Shown: positions 37,407-46,632 of the stretch, in pieces
How positions within the stretch are numbered: the stretch's first letter is position 1
Layout: each line of letters starts with the position of its first letter
DNA from: Acidobacteriota bacterium
GTDB lineage: Bacteria > Acidobacteriota > Vicinamibacteria > Vicinamibacterales > SCN-69-37
Direction of reading: 5' to 3'
Assembly: GCA_005799825.1 (NCBI GenBank)
Contig: SYFT01000088.1
Coordinates: 3,448 to 67,447 of the forward strand
Length of the DNA: 64,000 nucleotides
Notes under the pieces: model-generated
Told to the model about the DNA's origin: nothing
The model's input: the letters and a program-made list of their open reading frames with translations, nothing else
Databases searched by the model: none
Position numbers and translations under genes: made by a program

Positions 37407-38193
37407 CCCGCTGGTCGATGCGATCGCGCAGGCCGTCGCCGACGAAGTTGAAGCCCAACACGAGCAACGCGATCGCAATACCGGGGAACAGCGTCAAGTG
37501 TGGCGCATCGTACAAATGCGCCCTCCCCGCATCCAGCATCGTCCCCCAACTGGGGGCCGGCGGCTGCACACCGAGTCCGAGGAAACTCAATGAGGCTTCT
37601 GCGATGATCGACCCGGCCATGCCGATGGTGGCCTGAACAGTCACGGCCGGCAGCGTGGCGGGAATGACGTGGCGCCACAACACGCGCCACACCGGTGCGC
37701 CGAGCGCACGGGCAGCCTGCACGTACTCCAACTCGCGAATTTTTAGTACTTGTCCGCGCACGAGCCGCGCATATCCCACCCAGCCTATGACGGTGAGCGC
37801 GAGGACCACATTGGTCAGGCTCGGACCCAGCACCGCCACCAGCGCAATCGCGAGCAGGATGCCTGGGAATGCCATGAGAACGTCCATCACGCGGCCAACG
37901 ATATTGTCCACACGTCCGCCGGCATACCCGGCCGTTGCGCCGATCGCGATGCCGAGGGCGGCAGACACCGTGACCACCGTCAGGCCGACAAACAGCGAGA
38001 TGCGCGCACCCATCAGGAGACGGGCAAACACATCGCGGCCCAATTCGTCGAGCCCGAGCGGATGGCTCCACGAGGGGCCGGCCAGCCGCTCTGCCAGCAG
38101 CTGCACGTTTGGATCGTGCGGCACGAGCCACGGGCCGGCCACGGCGCCGATCGCCGTCAGGCCAATGATCCAGAGCCCGAGGCGGCGGGTCAT
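37399..38193 (-). CDS. ABC transporter permease, DppC/OppC family
   Basis: 264 aa. Multi-TM, with EAA-loop-like region YVQAARALGAPVWRVLWRHVIP typical of peptide/nickel ABC permeases. Confidence 0.85.
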   Translation of the reverse strand: MTRRLGLWIIGLTAIGAVAGPWLVPHDPNVQLLAERLAGPSWSHPLGLDELGRDVFARLLMGARISLFVGLTVVTVSAALGIAIGATAGYAGGRVDNIVGRVMDVLMAFPGILLAIALVAVLGPSLTNVVLALTVIGWVGYARLVRGQVLKIRELEYVQAARALGAPVWRVLWRHVIPATLPAVTVQATIGMAGSIIAEASLSFLGLGVQPPAPSWGTMLDAGRAHLYDAPHLTLFPGIAIALLVLGFNFVGDGLRDRIDQRAT

Positions 38194-39110
38194 TCGTACC
38201 GAATCCTCGGATCAAGCCAGCCATAAGCGAGATCCACCAGCAGATTGACGACCACATACGTCAACGCAATAAAGAGAATGCACCCCTGCACCAGGGGGTA
38301 GTCGCGGAAGTTGATCGCCTGGATCAGCAGGCGGCCAACGCCCGGCCACGCAAAAATAGTTTCGGTGATGATCGTCCCCGTGAGCACGGCGCCACACTGC
38401 AGTCCAAGGATGGTCACGACCGGAATCAGGCTGTTGCGCAGAGCGTGTGCGATGACTGCCCGCGCCTTCGACATGCCACGCGCGCGCGCCGCAAGCACGT
38501 AGAGCTCGCGCAGTTCTTCAATCAGGCTCGCCCGCGTCATGCGAGCCAGCACCGCCGCCAGCGCTGCACCCAGCGTGACAGCGGGCAGCACCAGATGCCT
38601 CCATGTACCAGTGCCCGACACCGGTAACCATCCCAGCGAGACCGCAAACACGATGGCCAGGACCGGGCCGAGCCAGAAGTTGGGCATGGAGATGCCCATC
38701 AACGAAACAGTCATCGCTGCCTGATCGATCGCGGTACCCCGGAACAACGCGCCGACCACGCCGAGCGGCATGGCGAGGCACACGGCCACAACGATGGCCG
38801 CGGCCGCGAGTTCCATGGTGCGCGGCAGGCGCTGCCCAATCTCGCGCGCCACCGGCGTGCCGTAGCGAAATGAGATGCCCAGGTCGCCCCGCGCGAGGCC
38901 GGCCACAAACGCCGCGTACTGGGCCGGCAGCGGCCGGTCTAGGCCCAGACGCTCGCGTAGTTCACCCACATCGCTCGCCGACGCTGACTCGCCGAGCATC
39001 GCAAGCGCCGGGTCGCCCGGCACGAGGTGCAACAAGGAGAACACCAAGGTGGCGACACCCAAAAGCACCGGCACGGTGAGCAACACTCGACGAAGGGTGA
39101 AGCGGAGCAC
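38190..39110 (-). CDS. ABC transporter permease, DppB/OppB family
   Basis: 306 aa. N-terminus MLRFTLRRVLLTVPVLLGVATLVFSLLHLVPGDP and YVLAARARGMSKARAVIAHALRN are typical of the family. GTG start at 39110. Confidence 0.85.
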   Translation of the reverse strand: MLRFTLRRVLLTVPVLLGVATLVFSLLHLVPGDPALAMLGESASASDVGELRERLGLDRPLPAQYAAFVAGLARGDLGISFRYGTPVAREIGQRLPRTMELAAAAIVVAVCLAMPLGVVGALFRGTAIDQAAMTVSLMGISMPNFWLGPVLAIVFAVSLGWLPVSGTGTWRHLVLPAVTLGAALAAVLARMTRASLIEELRELYVLAARARGMSKARAVIAHALRNSLIPVVTILGLQCGAVLTGTIITETIFAWPGVGRLLIQAINFRDYPLVQGCILFIALTYVVVNLLVDLAYGWLDPRIRYE

Positions 39111-39129
39111 GTCGAAGCGATGATATCGG

Positions 39130-39163
39130 CGTAATGGCGAAATGTCACAAATGCCCCATTACG
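39130..39163 (-). promoter_or_regulatory. 8-bp perfect inverted repeat (CGTAATGG-18 nt-CCATTACG) enclosing an AT-rich motif, upstream of the permease genes
   Basis: Read directly. Located in the 72-nt gap between the activator stop (39183) and the permease GTG (39110). Confidence 0.4.
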
Positions 39164-39182
39164 TCGGCGGCAGCGAAGTGCA

Positions 39183-41741
39183 TTAAGCCCCCTTGGACAC
39201 TTCGAGCCGGGCGATCAATTTGGCGAGTCCCTGGCGCGAGACGCCCAGCTCTCGTGCCGCAGCCGCACAACGGCCCGCGTGGCGTGCGAGCGAGGACGCG
39301 ATCACGCGTCGATCGCTGAGTCCACGCGCAGCGGCGAGCGACAGCGGCGGGTCCAACGGCCCATCTACAGCACGGTCCGCCAGCACTGCCGCCACCTGCC
39401 GCGCGCCGATGCGTCCGAGGGTCGGCCCGCCGACTGCGAGCATGGCAATAACGTTCTGCAGTTCCCGCACATTGCCAGGCCAGCCATAGCGGCAGAGTGC
39501 GGCAATGGCATCGGGCGCAAGCAACGCGCCCGTGGACACCCTGGCGGCAGCGGCGCGCCAGAAGGAATGAGCCAACAGAGGAATGTCCTCAATACGTGCG
39601 CGCAGGGGCGGCACTTTCAAGCGGATGACGGCCAGGCGAAAGATCAGGTCTTCGCGGTAGGTCCCCTGCCGAGCGGCTTCTGCGAGTGGACGATTGGTGG
39701 CGGTCACCAGCCTCACGTCCACCCGTCTCGATGCGTTCTCGCCCACGCGCCGGATCTCACCTTCCTGTAGCACTCGAAGCAGCTTGGCCTGGGCCCGGGG
39801 AGACAGCTCCGCCACTTCATCAAGGAACAACGTGCCCTCGTGCGCGTCCTCGAGCAGGCCCACGCGCGGTCCCATCGCGCCGGTGAACGCGCCCCGCACG
39901 TGACCGAACAACTCGGTCTCGAGCAGTTCATCGGTGAGCGCCGCACAATTGACGGCCGCCCAACGCCGGTCGCGCCGTGGGCTCAGCCGATGGACGGCTC
40001 GAGCCACCAGTTCCTTGCCGGTGCCGCTCTCGCCTTCAATCAACACGGGGAAGGTCGAGCTCGCAGCGCGGGCCACCGCATCCCGCAACGCGCGCATGAC
40101 CGGACTCACACCAAGCAGGTCGGAAGCCAGAGCCTGACCCGCGCTCGAGAGCAGGAGATCGTCGAGCCGCGCTCGAAGCGCAGGCGCGCACGCCGTGGCC
40201 AGCGCGCTCGCCATGGCCTGAACCTCGCCCTCATCTTTCGCCTCTCCCCGCAGCACGACACTGCCGATACGGACGCCGCCGTATCGAACGGCCGTCACCT
40301 TCGTGGCGTCTCCCAGCCGCATCGTGCTGCGCCGATCGTCGGGCTCACACGCGAGCACTGTCGCGTTGTCATGACTCACGATGGCGACCAGGTCAAGCCC
40401 GGTGTACTCGCGCGCCCATCGACAACCCCGCCGCAGTGCTGCCGCCGGGTTGTCGGCCTCCTGCACTTGCTCCAACAGCAATGACACCCCCGCCCATGCC
40501 TGCATGTCCTGCCTCCCCATCCCCCACCGCCGAATGCCCTCAGCACCACACCTGCGAATCTTCGCGAGCACGTGCTGACGCCGGGCCGCGCCCCTCTCGC
40601 CACTCACCCATCGCCACAGAAGCTCCTCGGTTGGTCCGCGCGGACGGGCCTGTACTGTTTCCACCCACTGCTTCGCGTCTTCGTCTGCGCCCGCCATCCG
40701 CAGGCCCTCGAGCACAAGCGTGTCGCGCCAACGCCTGGGACCCGGGCCCGCGCTGACGGCCCTGAAAGCGTCAATCGTTCCGGCGCGGTCGCCGGCGATG
40801 CCGCGCGACAACAAGGTAAGAAGGGCACGCCACTCAGCGTGCAGCGCGTCAACCGTTGATGCGGCCAAATGGACCGTGAGCCAATCGCCCCGCCCGTAAG
40901 CCGCGACCGCACGCCACCCCGGATGCCCTGCGGCCCGCGCCCACAGGTCCGCATCCCCCCACCTCCCCTGCCAACACGCCAGCTCGCTCTGGACGGTGCG
41001 AATCCATGGCGGCACCTCAATTCCCGCCAGGGTGCATTCCACATCCACAGCAGAGAGATGGGCCGCCGCGGCTTCGAACTCGCCCAGCGTCAGCCATGCG
41101 TCGGCAAGCACGGCGACCACGTGACTCCTTGCCTCCAGCACGCGCAGGTCTGCCAACAGCCGGCGTCCACGTGCTATCAACGCCTCGACCGGACCCGCTG
41201 CTGACAACTTCGCGAGTTGTACAAACGCCACAGCGGCCCCTAACTCGTCCTCCGACCGGCGGGCGCGCTCCACCGCGGCACACGTCCATCGCCGCGCTGC
41301 CAGGTGGCGGCCACGGCTCTTGAAGCGGAGCGCGCGTTGAGCCAGAACGCCGGTAGCGACATGCGCCAATGACTCGAAGGATCTCAGGTCGACTCCCGCA
41401 GCTTCACGCGCACGATCCGGCTGGCCAACCACCGCCACCACGGCGTGCGCGCGCGGGCTTGCCTGCGCAAGTTCGCGAATCCATCGCGCGCTGACCGGCG
41501 TGGCCTCACCCCGGTGAATCAACACCACATGCCGATGCCACAACGCTCGCCGCTGCTCGATGGGAAGGTCCGCATTGGCGTCGACGACGATGTACCCAAA
41601 ACGGACGATGCAAGCGGTGACGTCCTCCATCAGGTGATCGGCCACTTCGGCCGGCACCCGCGCCACGATCCGGATCCCGGCACCGCTTTGCTGCTCAATC
41701 GCAGTGCACCAATCAAAGGAGTCAACCAGCGAAAGGGCCAT
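39183..41741 (-). CDS. Sigma-54-dependent transcriptional activator (bEBP) with a roughly 500-aa non-receiver N-terminal region
   Basis: AAA+ core with GESGTGKE Walker A, GAFTGA loop and ELQN. C-terminal Fis-type HTH AARELGVSRQGLAKLI. The N-terminal region has no receiver-like motif I recognise and ends in a GAF-like segment. Start uncertain (ATG 41741, 41813 or 41873; the last overlaps aroC). Confidence 0.85.
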   Translation of the reverse strand: MALSLVDSFDWCTAIEQQSGAGIRIVARVPAEVADHLMEDVTACIVRFGYIVVDANADLPIEQRRALWHRHVVLIHRGEATPVSARWIRELAQASPRAHAVVAVVGQPDRAREAAGVDLRSFESLAHVATGVLAQRALRFKSRGRHLAARRWTCAAVERARRSEDELGAAVAFVQLAKLSAAGPVEALIARGRRLLADLRVLEARSHVVAVLADAWLTLGEFEAAAAHLSAVDVECTLAGIEVPPWIRTVQSELACWQGRWGDADLWARAAGHPGWRAVAAYGRGDWLTVHLAASTVDALHAEWRALLTLLSRGIAGDRAGTIDAFRAVSAGPGPRRWRDTLVLEGLRMAGADEDAKQWVETVQARPRGPTEELLWRWVSGERGAARRQHVLAKIRRCGAEGIRRWGMGRQDMQAWAGVSLLLEQVQEADNPAAALRRGCRWAREYTGLDLVAIVSHDNATVLACEPDDRRSTMRLGDATKVTAVRYGGVRIGSVVLRGEAKDEGEVQAMASALATACAPALRARLDDLLLSSAGQALASDLLGVSPVMRALRDAVARAASSTFPVLIEGESGTGKELVARAVHRLSPRRDRRWAAVNCAALTDELLETELFGHVRGAFTGAMGPRVGLLEDAHEGTLFLDEVAELSPRAQAKLLRVLQEGEIRRVGENASRRVDVRLVTATNRPLAEAARQGTYREDLIFRLAVIRLKVPPLRARIEDIPLLAHSFWRAAAARVSTGALLAPDAIAALCRYGWPGNVRELQNVIAMLAVGGPTLGRIGARQVAAVLADRAVDGPLDPPLSLAAARGLSDRRVIASSLARHAGRCAAAARELGVSRQGLAKLIARLEVSKGA

Positions 41742-41842
41742 GCGGCATTTGGATCCGCAAGAAACAGGCCCAGTCGAAACTCGGCCGTCTCTGAGGCATC
41801 CCGAACGGGACATTGCAGAAATTTCGATAGAATGACGCGGCG

Positions 41843-43054
41843 ATGTTTCGTTTTTTGACAGCAGGTGAGTCACACGGCCCGGCCTTGGTCGTGGTAATCG
41901 ACGGTGTGCCCGCCGGCCTCACGCTGTCGGCCACCACGATCAACCTCGACCTGGCGCGCCGGCAACTCGGCTACGGGCGGGGCCGCCGCATGGTCATCGA
42001 ACAGGATCAGGTCGAGATCCTGTCTGGCGTACGGGGCGGATGCACCATCGGCAGCCCCATCGCCCTGCAGATTCGCAATCGGGACTGGGTCAACTGGCAG
42101 TTCACGATGAGCCCGGCCCTCGAACCCGATCCCGCATTACCCGGTGCGCGGCGCGCGGCGGTCACGCGGCCCCGTCCCGGCCACGCCGACCTTGCCGGGG
42201 GGTTGAAGTATCAGCGCGCGGACCTGCGCGACATTCTTGAACGCGCTAGCGCGCGTGAAACCGCCGCGCGTGTGGCCGCCGGCGCCGTGGCCCGCGCCCT
42301 TCTGGCCGCTACGGGAATCCGGGTGGCCAGTCACGTCATCGCCATTGGTGGTGCGGCTGTCGCCGATCCGCTCGCCTACGACTTCGCCACCATCGCGGCG
42401 CTCACAGACGACGGAGTACGATGTGCCGACGCGGTGGTGGGTGTTGAGATGCGCGCCCGCGTGGATGTGGCGCGGGCCAACGGCGACACGGTTGGCGGCG
42501 CATTCGAAGTGATCGCGCACGGCGTCCCAGCCGGCCTGGGCAGCCACGCGCAGTGGGATCGTAAACTCGACGGTCTGCTGGCGCAGTCGCTCATGTCCAT
42601 CCAGGCCATCAAGGGCGTAGGCATTGGTCGAGGCCCTGATTCCGCGCACCTGCCCGGCTCCCAGGTTCACGACGAAATCCTCCTGGCGCACGGCGCGCCA
42701 TCCGGTACGCTGCCAACCTTGCGCCGGCCGACCAACCGGGCCGGGGGCCTCGAGGGCGGCATCACAAACGGGGAAGACTTGCGGCTCTCGGCCTGGATGA
42801 AACCCATCTCCACCTTGATGGAGCCACTGCGTTCGGTGGACCTCGACTTGATGCTGGAAGAGCCGGCGACCATTGAACGCAGCGACGTCTGTGCAGTGCC
42901 GGCCGCCGCCGTGGTGGGCGAAGCCATGGTCTGCCTGGTGCTCGCCAATGCCGTGGTCGAGAAGTTCGGCGGCGACACTATGGAGGAGATCCTCCGCGCG
43001 GCGCGCGACTGGAAAAAGGTGATCGCGGCGCGTCTGTCGAAGGCGCCGCGCTGA
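41843..43054 (+). CDS. aroC: Chorismate synthase
   Basis: 403 aa. [16 protein letters not shown]-terminus, RPGHAD and other AroC motifs. Confidence 0.95.
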   Translation: MFRFLTAGESHGPALVVVIDGVPAGLTLSATTINLDLARRQLGYGRGRRMVIEQDQVEILSGVRGGCTIGSPIALQIRNRDWVNWQFTMSPALEPDPALPGARRAAVTRPRPGHADLAGGLKYQRADLRDILERASARETAARVAAGAVARALLAATGIRVASHVIAIGGAAVADPLAYDFATIAALTDDGVRCADAVVGVEMRARVDVARANGDTVGGAFEVIAHGVPAGLGSHAQWDRKLDGLLAQSLMSIQAIKGVGIGRGPDSAHLPGSQVHDEILLAHGAPSGTLPTLRRPTNRAGGLEGGITNGEDLRLSAWMKPISTLMEPLRSVDLDLMLEEPATIERSDVCAVPAAAVVGEAMVCLVLANAVVEKFGGDTMEEILRAARDWKKVIAARLSKAPR

Positions 43055-43563
43055 TGTTGCGCCCGATCGTGAAACACGGCGAGCGTGTGCTCCAGACGCC
43101 TGCGCTGCCGGTGACGCAGTTTGACGAATCGCTGCACACCCTCGTGGACGACATGTTGCAGACTATGTACGCCGCACCCGGTATCGGCCTGGCCGCGCCC
43201 CAGCTCGACATACCCCTACGGGTGTGCGTGATCGATCTCACCGTAGGTAAACGCGGCGGCGAGGTCATCACACTGGTCAATCCGGTCTTCGTCGAGCGCG
43301 ACGGCATGCAGTTGGAAGAAGAAGGCTGCCTGAGTGTGCCCGGATTTCAGGCCACGGTGCCGCGGCCTTCCCGCGTAGTCGTCAAGGGGCAGGACGTCCA
43401 CGGGCACGAGGTCGTGGTGGAAGGGACGGGACTGTTAGCGCGCGCGCTTCAGCACGAACTCGATCATCTCGACGGCCGGCTCTTTCTCGATCGCCTTCGC
43501 GCCCTCCAGCGCGACCTCATCGTGAAGAAAATCCGCAAGTTGCGGCGCGTCGGCAAGTGGTGA
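43054..43563 (+). CDS. def: Peptide deformylase
   Basis: 169 aa. GIGLAAPQ, EGCLS and HELDH motifs. Confidence 0.95.
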   Translation: MLRPIVKHGERVLQTPALPVTQFDESLHTLVDDMLQTMYAAPGIGLAAPQLDIPLRVCVIDLTVGKRGGEVITLVNPVFVERDGMQLEEEGCLSVPGFQATVPRPSRVVVKGQDVHGHEVVVEGTGLLARALQHELDHLDGRLFLDRLRALQRDLIVKKIRKLRRVGKW

Positions 43564-43568
43564 GACCG

Positions 43569-44534
43569 ATGCGCATAATCCTCTTCGGCACACCCCAGTT
43601 CGCGGTCCCGACACTGGCTGCCCTGCTCGATGTACATGACGTGGTGGCAGTCATAACTCGACCCGATCGCCCTCACGGACGTGGACAGAAGGTCAGTGCC
43701 AATCCCGTCAAGGCGCTGGCGACCGCGCGCGGCGTTCCCGTCTTGCAGCCGACTCGGCTCGACGACCCGGAGTGGCTGGCGCAAATCGACGCATTCGGTG
43801 CAGACCTCGCGGTAGTGGCGGCCTACGGTCGTTTGCTGCCCCAGCGTTTGCTCGATATACCGCGACTGGGATTTATCAACGTGCACGCATCACTGCTGCC
43901 GCGATGGCGAGGAGCCGCGCCCATTCACCGAGCCGTGCTTGCAGGTGATGCCCAAACCGGCGTCACCATCATGCGGGTGGTTCTCGCTCTGGATGCCGGC
44001 CCCACCTTCGCCTCGGCGGCAGCACCGATCGCTGCAGCCGATACCAGCGAGGTGCTGGAAACCCGGCTGGCCTCAATGGGCGCCGAGTTGCTGGTGGCGA
44101 CCATCGCCCGCATGGCAAGCGGTGCGATCTCTGAAACACCGCAGAATGAGTCGGGCGTGACCTACGCCGCCAAACTCGAGCGGTGCGAGAGCCAGATCGA
44201 CTGGAACCGGTTCGCCGTGGAGATCGACCGGCAGGTACGTGGGTTGCAGCCGTGGCCGCTGGCAGCGGCCATCTTGGAAGGTCGGCGAATCGCGTTTCTG
44301 AAATCCTCGGTGGTGGATGCCGCGCCACTCGGCGCCACGCCCGGCGAGATTCTGGAGGCCGGTGGTAACGGACTTGTGATCGCCTGCGGTAGCGGCGCGA
44401 TTCGCATCACCGAAGTCCTCCCAGAAGGCCGTCGCGCGATGCCGGCATCGGCGTTCCTCCGCGGCGCACCGGGGAAGATAGGGACGATGGTCGCGGCCCT
44501 GCCGGTGCGGCCCCTGCAGGACGATACCCCGTGA
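43569..44534 (+). CDS. fmt: Methionyl-tRNA formyltransferase
   Basis: MRIILFGTPQFAVPTL N-terminus and HASLLPRWRGAAPI motif. Start trimmed to the ATG at 43569. Confidence 0.95.
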   Translation: MRIILFGTPQFAVPTLAALLDVHDVVAVITRPDRPHGRGQKVSANPVKALATARGVPVLQPTRLDDPEWLAQIDAFGADLAVVAAYGRLLPQRLLDIPRLGFINVHASLLPRWRGAAPIHRAVLAGDAQTGVTIMRVVLALDAGPTFASAAAPIAAADTSEVLETRLASMGAELLVATIARMASGAISETPQNESGVTYAAKLERCESQIDWNRFAVEIDRQVRGLQPWPLAAAILEGRRIAFLKSSVVDAAPLGATPGEILEAGGNGLVIACGSGAIRITEVLPEGRRAMPASAFLRGAPGKIGTMVAALPVRPLQDDTP

Positions 44535-45859
44535 CCAACGTCCGCGTGCTCGCCGCACGCGTGTTGCTTGGCGTGCACCACGGCCGATCCACGTTGGCGG
44601 CCGAGGTCGATCGGGCCAGGCGCAGCCTGACGGATGACCGCGACCGCGGTCTGCTCCTGGAACTGACGGCCGGCGTGTGTCGTTGGCGCGCGGAACTGGA
44701 CGCATGCCTGGAGCCGTTCAGCCAGCGCCCCATCGATGAGATCGACCCGCCGCTCCTGGCCACACTGCGGGTGGCGATGTATCAACTTCGGCACCTCGAT
44801 CGCGTGCCCGCGCACGCGGTGGTCCATGAATCCGTCGAAGCGGCCCGCACCCTCGGCAATCCGCGTGCGGCGGGGTTCGTGAACAGCATCCTCCGCGCCT
44901 ACCTGCGCGCGGCCGACACCGTCGGGTTACCCCCGCGCCCGAAGGCCGAGTCTACGCGGCGGCAACACCTGGCGTATTTGAGCACCACGCTTTCGCATCC
45001 CAGGTGGCTAATGGCACGCTGGCTCGACCGCTACGGCTTCGATGACACCGAACGCTGGTGCCAGTTCAACAATGCCGCCCCGGACGTGACCGTGCGCGCG
45101 CGCCTGTTCGACGTGGATGCCCTGACATTGGTGCAGGATGCGGGCATCCCGGCCACGAGAGGACCCTATGCCTCTGAAGTAGCGCGCCTCGCACCCGGGC
45201 TGCTCGGCTCGCTCGCACCTGACCTGCGCAAGGAGCTCGTGGTGCAGGATGAGGGGTCGATCGCGATGGCCCACGCGGTTGGGGCGCGGCCTGGTGAACG
45301 GGTGCTCGACGTGTGTGCGGCGCCCGGCGGCAAAACGGTGACTCTGTGGAACGACATGGCGCATCAGGGCTGCCTCGTCGCCACTGACGCGCGGGCGGCG
45401 CGCGTGCAGGTGCTGCGGCAAGTGCTGCAGGAGGCCGCGGTGCCGGAACGGATTGCCGTGGTGGATGCCACGCGTCCGCTGCCGTTTGCAGAGGTGTTCG
45501 ACCGTGTGTTTGTGGACGTGCCGTGCTCGGGGCTCGGCACGTTGCGTCGGGACCCGGACGTGAAATGGGCGATGACGCTCGAGTCGCTACCTGGCCTGGC
45601 AGTCACCCAGCGGCGGATCCTGGCACATGCGGCCGCCGTGGTTCGTCCTGGCGGCACTCTCGTGTACGCCACGTGCTCGAGCGAACCCGACGAAAACGAC
45701 GACGTGGTGGACGAGTTTCTTGCGTCGACCCCGACTTTCCACGAACAGGCGCTCAGCGGGGAACTGGCAGACGACCGCGGCCGCCTGCGCACCACGCCGA
45801 CCCGCCATGGCCTCGACGCCTTTTTCTCAGCGCGGTTGGTGCGGCACGAACGCGCGTAG
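44531..45859 (+). CDS. rsmB: 16S rRNA (cytosine967-C5)-methyltransferase
   Basis: 442 aa. NusB-like N-terminal domain, CAAPGGKT SAM motif, DVPCSGLGTLRRDPD and ATCS catalytic motifs. Confidence 0.9.
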   Translation: MTNVRVLAARVLLGVHHGRSTLAAEVDRARRSLTDDRDRGLLLELTAGVCRWRAELDACLEPFSQRPIDEIDPPLLATLRVAMYQLRHLDRVPAHAVVHESVEAARTLGNPRAAGFVNSILRAYLRAADTVGLPPRPKAESTRRQHLAYLSTTLSHPRWLMARWLDRYGFDDTERWCQFNNAAPDVTVRARLFDVDALTLVQDAGIPATRGPYASEVARLAPGLLGSLAPDLRKELVVQDEGSIAMAHAVGARPGERVLDVCAAPGGKTVTLWNDMAHQGCLVATDARAARVQVLRQVLQEAAVPERIAVVDATRPLPFAEVFDRVFVDVPCSGLGTLRRDPDVKWAMTLESLPGLAVTQRRILAHAAAVVRPGGTLVYATCSSEPDENDDVVDEFLASTPTFHEQALSGELADDRGRLRTTPTRHGLDAFFSARLVRHERA

Positions 45860-45873
45860 TACACTTTTTTCTC

Positions 45874-46632
45874 GTGCGCACTTCTCCGCGACCCTTGCCA
45901 TCGCCTCACGGTTCCCTGCGCTCGCGCGTGTGGACCGCGGGACGGTGGTCGTTGCTGCTGGCCGGGCTGGCAGCCACCTATGGCGTGTTCCTGCTCACCT
46001 CGATGCGGATTGCCATGAAGGCCCGCGAGGTCACGGTGCCCGATGTGCGCGGGCGGGCCGTGGACGCGGCGTCACAAACGCTGGAGGCTTTGGGCCTGAC
46101 CGTGGTGCTCGACCCACTGCGCCGCCCTGACTCCTCGGTGCCCGCCGACCACATCTGGGCACAGGACCCGGTGGCTGGTACCGTCATCCGGCGCCAACGC
46201 CCGGTGCGTATTCGTGTCAGCGACGGCATGCAAGCTGCGGCCGTGCCGGCGGTGATCGGTGAATCCGAGCGGTCGGCGCAGATCCTCCTTGCGCAGGATC
46301 GCATTACGCTGACGCAGACATCAGACTTTAACAGCGCTGACTACGCTCCGGGCGTGGTCGTGGCGCAAGACCCGCCGGCCAAGAGCCGGGCCCCCGGCGT
46401 GGCACTGCTGGTGAACCGCGGCGAAGATGGCCTCACATACGTCATGCCGGATCTGATTGGCACGTCCGGCGCCCGCGTGGCTGAGATCCTCAGGCGCCGC
46501 CTCTTTCGCGTGACCATCGTGGGCGAGGTGCCGGATCCGGACCTGCCGTCGGGCACGGTCGTACGCCAGTCACCGCAGGCGGGATTTCAACTCGCGCCGG
46601 GCGACCCCATCACGCTTGAGATCAGCCGATGA
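45874..46632 (+). CDS. PASTA-domain membrane protein
   Basis: One TM helix (WSLLLAGLAATYGVFLLTS) followed by three PASTA-like repeats (VPDVRG..., VPAVIGESE..., MPDLIGTS...). GTG start at 45874 was chosen because the track ORF start lies inside rsmB. Confidence 0.7.
   Translation: MRTSPRPLPSPHGSLRSRVWTAGRWSLLLAGLAATYGVFLLTSMRIAMKAREVTVPDVRGRAVDAASQTLEALGLTVVLDPLRRPDSSVPADHIWAQDPVAGTVIRRQRPVRIRVSDGMQAAAVPAVIGESERSAQILLAQDRITLTQTSDFNSADYAPGVVVAQDPPAKSRAPGVALLVNRGEDGLTYVMPDLIGTSGARVAEILRRRLFRVTIVGEVPDPDLPSGTVVRQSPQAGFQLAPGDPITLEISR

Noticed and set aside
39111-39182. Sigma-54 (-24/-12) promoter for the permease genes downstream of the activator
   Set aside because: No GG-N10-GC arrangement with TGGCAC/TTGC-like context is present in the gap. 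The few TGGCAC hexamers elsewhere in the window (for example near 33631, 37371 and 56211) lie inside coding regions and have wrong or absent -12 elements.
41742-41842. Possible small RNA or riboswitch between the sigma-54 activator and aroC
   Set aside because: The gap depends on an uncertain activator start and may be partly coding. I recognise no conserved riboswitch core. Only a -10-like TAGAAT close to the aroC ATG stands out, and that is reported under the leaderless candidates.
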